Source of the DNA: Convolutriloba macropyga
Taxonomy: Eukaryota
DNA length: 64,000 nucleotides
Assembly (NCBI RefSeq): GCF_964194025.1
Contig: NC_134481.1
Coordinates: 23,064,001-23,128,000 of the forward strand
Direction of reading: 5' to 3'
The position numbers and the translations under genes were made by a program. Under the pieces are notes generated by a model, which saw nothing but the letters and a program-made list of their open reading frames with translations, made no database searches and had not been told where the DNA came from. Shown piece after piece: positions 62,258 to 64,000 of this stretch; the first letter of the stretch is position 1; the number at the start of each line of letters is the position of its first letter.

Positions 62258-63124
62258 TGTCACGCCCCTATTTCGTCCCTCATAGTTACGTGACTATTTT
62301 CCTTAAATATCCATAAATAAGTGCTTTAATCTAGTTCATATTCATTTAGTTTCTAGGCCATATATAGCCAGTATTTACCATCTAGGCCTGTAACCCCTAA
62401 TTTGTTTATGTTTATGAAAAGCAACCGCAGAGTGACAGTTTTACTAGCAAACATATCAAGTGCCTAAATGCCTCAATATTTACTTTTTTGAGTTTCTTGA
62501 AGATAAATTTGCATAATTAGTAAATAACTTCATGAGAGATTATGTACTTGGTGAAGTAATTATTCTGATAAAGTAGGTGCTAATACGGAACTTGTATATG
62601 TACTTAACAAACATCAAGAGACGTACAAAAGCCGGAAATTGCCCAACTTGTAGATCAGTAAATATTTTCGAAGGACCAATACAACTCAAGGCACAGTCCT
62701 GCGGAACTTACGATCAGCAGAACACCGGAGAAACAGCCTGACTATCAGTTGCTAATAAAACTCAGCAAAAACTCGAACTTCTTATTCTATCATTGAAAAC
62801 TTTGGCTTTATTTTTCTAATTAAATAATTAATGATTGAACTGGGAATTCTTCCTAAAACTAATAAGTTAAAACAGGCTACATTAGAGTTATAGTATGGCT
62901 AAATAAAGCTCTAAAACCCAAGGCAACTAGTGGATATATCGCGCATCCGAACCGCTCAATAAAAGGCTATTACTAGCTAAGTTTATTCAAAATATATCCG
63001 CTAAAAATCGCACTGTGAAACATCAAAATAAGTCCTTGAAAACTGACAATAATTATTCCAAGTTATCTCTCAAATTTACCTCAATAACATCTTTGATTCA
63101 TACTCTAAAAATTAGTGCGTAACA
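62258..63124 (+). repeat. 3' LTR (867 bp)
   Basis: Direct repeat of 57530-58388. Confidence 0.96.
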
Positions 63125-64000
63125 CATTGGAATTTCTTGAAATTGAACGTTTGGGATTTCTGGTGGTTTATATGAATTTCATTGGTAGACGAGAAGACGG
63201 TTTATGTCCCAGTTTGATTTTAAGTTGGGTTATAATTGCATTTTAACCCAACATAAAACTAGGGAGTGACAACTTAGTTTGGCCTTTTATTATATAAGGT
63301 CAAATGGAAAGGTCTTTATTAAAGAAATGATTAACAAAAGATAATTACATAGCTTGTATTTTTGCAAGCTTTATTCCGAATCTTTCAAATTTTGTTGCTC
63401 GGAGTAGTTTTTTCCACAGCTTTTTTTTCAGATTTTAGGAATTTTATGAATTCATTTTTTATTGTTTTTATCAATATTGTCAATTTCGATTCCCAGTAGA
63501 TAATTTGCCGCATGTTTATGATATTTTGGAACTCTGGGTGATGCTGTGCCAACTTGCACAAGCGACGTCAACTCTCCAAAAATTTATAAGATCAGAAATC
63601 ACCAACAAAAACCAATTAGATTTAATTAGGACGATGATTATTTAATGATAAACTGTTGTAATCGATTTCAGTTAAATCAATCAAATTATCTTTTCTAAAA
63701 GAGTTCCCGAGGCGGCAAATGTTAAAATAGCAAAATTTACCATTATTTTTAAAAATAAAATTTCATTTGATTTCAGCTACTGTACACAAACTTGTGAAAA
63801 CTTTTTCAAAAGCATTGTCAGCTGCACATGTTGAAGAAAACAGTTGCTATAGCGACTGTTGAAAAAGTCCACATTGACAGCCAAAACTAACATGAAAATT
63901 ATTAAAGTTCTGCGAAACTATTTTAAACCAGATTCGTACTGTTCAAAAATAGCACCTTACTTTGATAGAGTAATGGCCTAGACTTTGATGTCGTGCCAAT

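Larger units (their letters stand above)
57530..63124 (+). mobile_element. Internally deleted, env-bearing Ty3/gypsy-type LTR element (LTR-PBS-ORF0-gag-[deletion]-env'-LTR), no pol
   Basis: ~860-bp LTRs TGTCACGC...GCGTAACA; flanks GATTG/CATTG (TSD with one mismatch); PBS-like TGGTGACAG at 58389. Confidence 0.92.

Overview
AT-rich, intron-containing animal (metazoan invertebrate-like) genomic DNA; the species cannot be determined from sequence alone. It holds four + strand housekeeping genes that can be spliced by hand: FYCO1-like (RUN/coiled-coil/FYVE/GOLD), RPP38-like (L7Ae fold), NOL6/UTP22 and WDR83OS/Asterix. They sit in a dense transposon landscape. (1) A full-length but mutated Ty3/gypsy LTR retrotransposon (4047-10805, 419-bp LTRs, AAATG target-site duplication) is inserted in one copy of a ~3.85-kb tandem duplication, and the other copy keeps the empty site. 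(2) Degenerate LINEs. (3) A ~450-480-bp non-autonomous family with Helentron/HINE-type ends. (4) A near-identical 2.66-kb tandem duplication inside the long RPP38 intron. (5) Most interesting: an internally deleted, pol-less LTR element (57530-63124) carrying gag, an envelope-like fusion glycoprotein remnant, and an intact orphan ORF that lies inside a putative leader intron. All identities and coordinates were read by eye; no searches were run.
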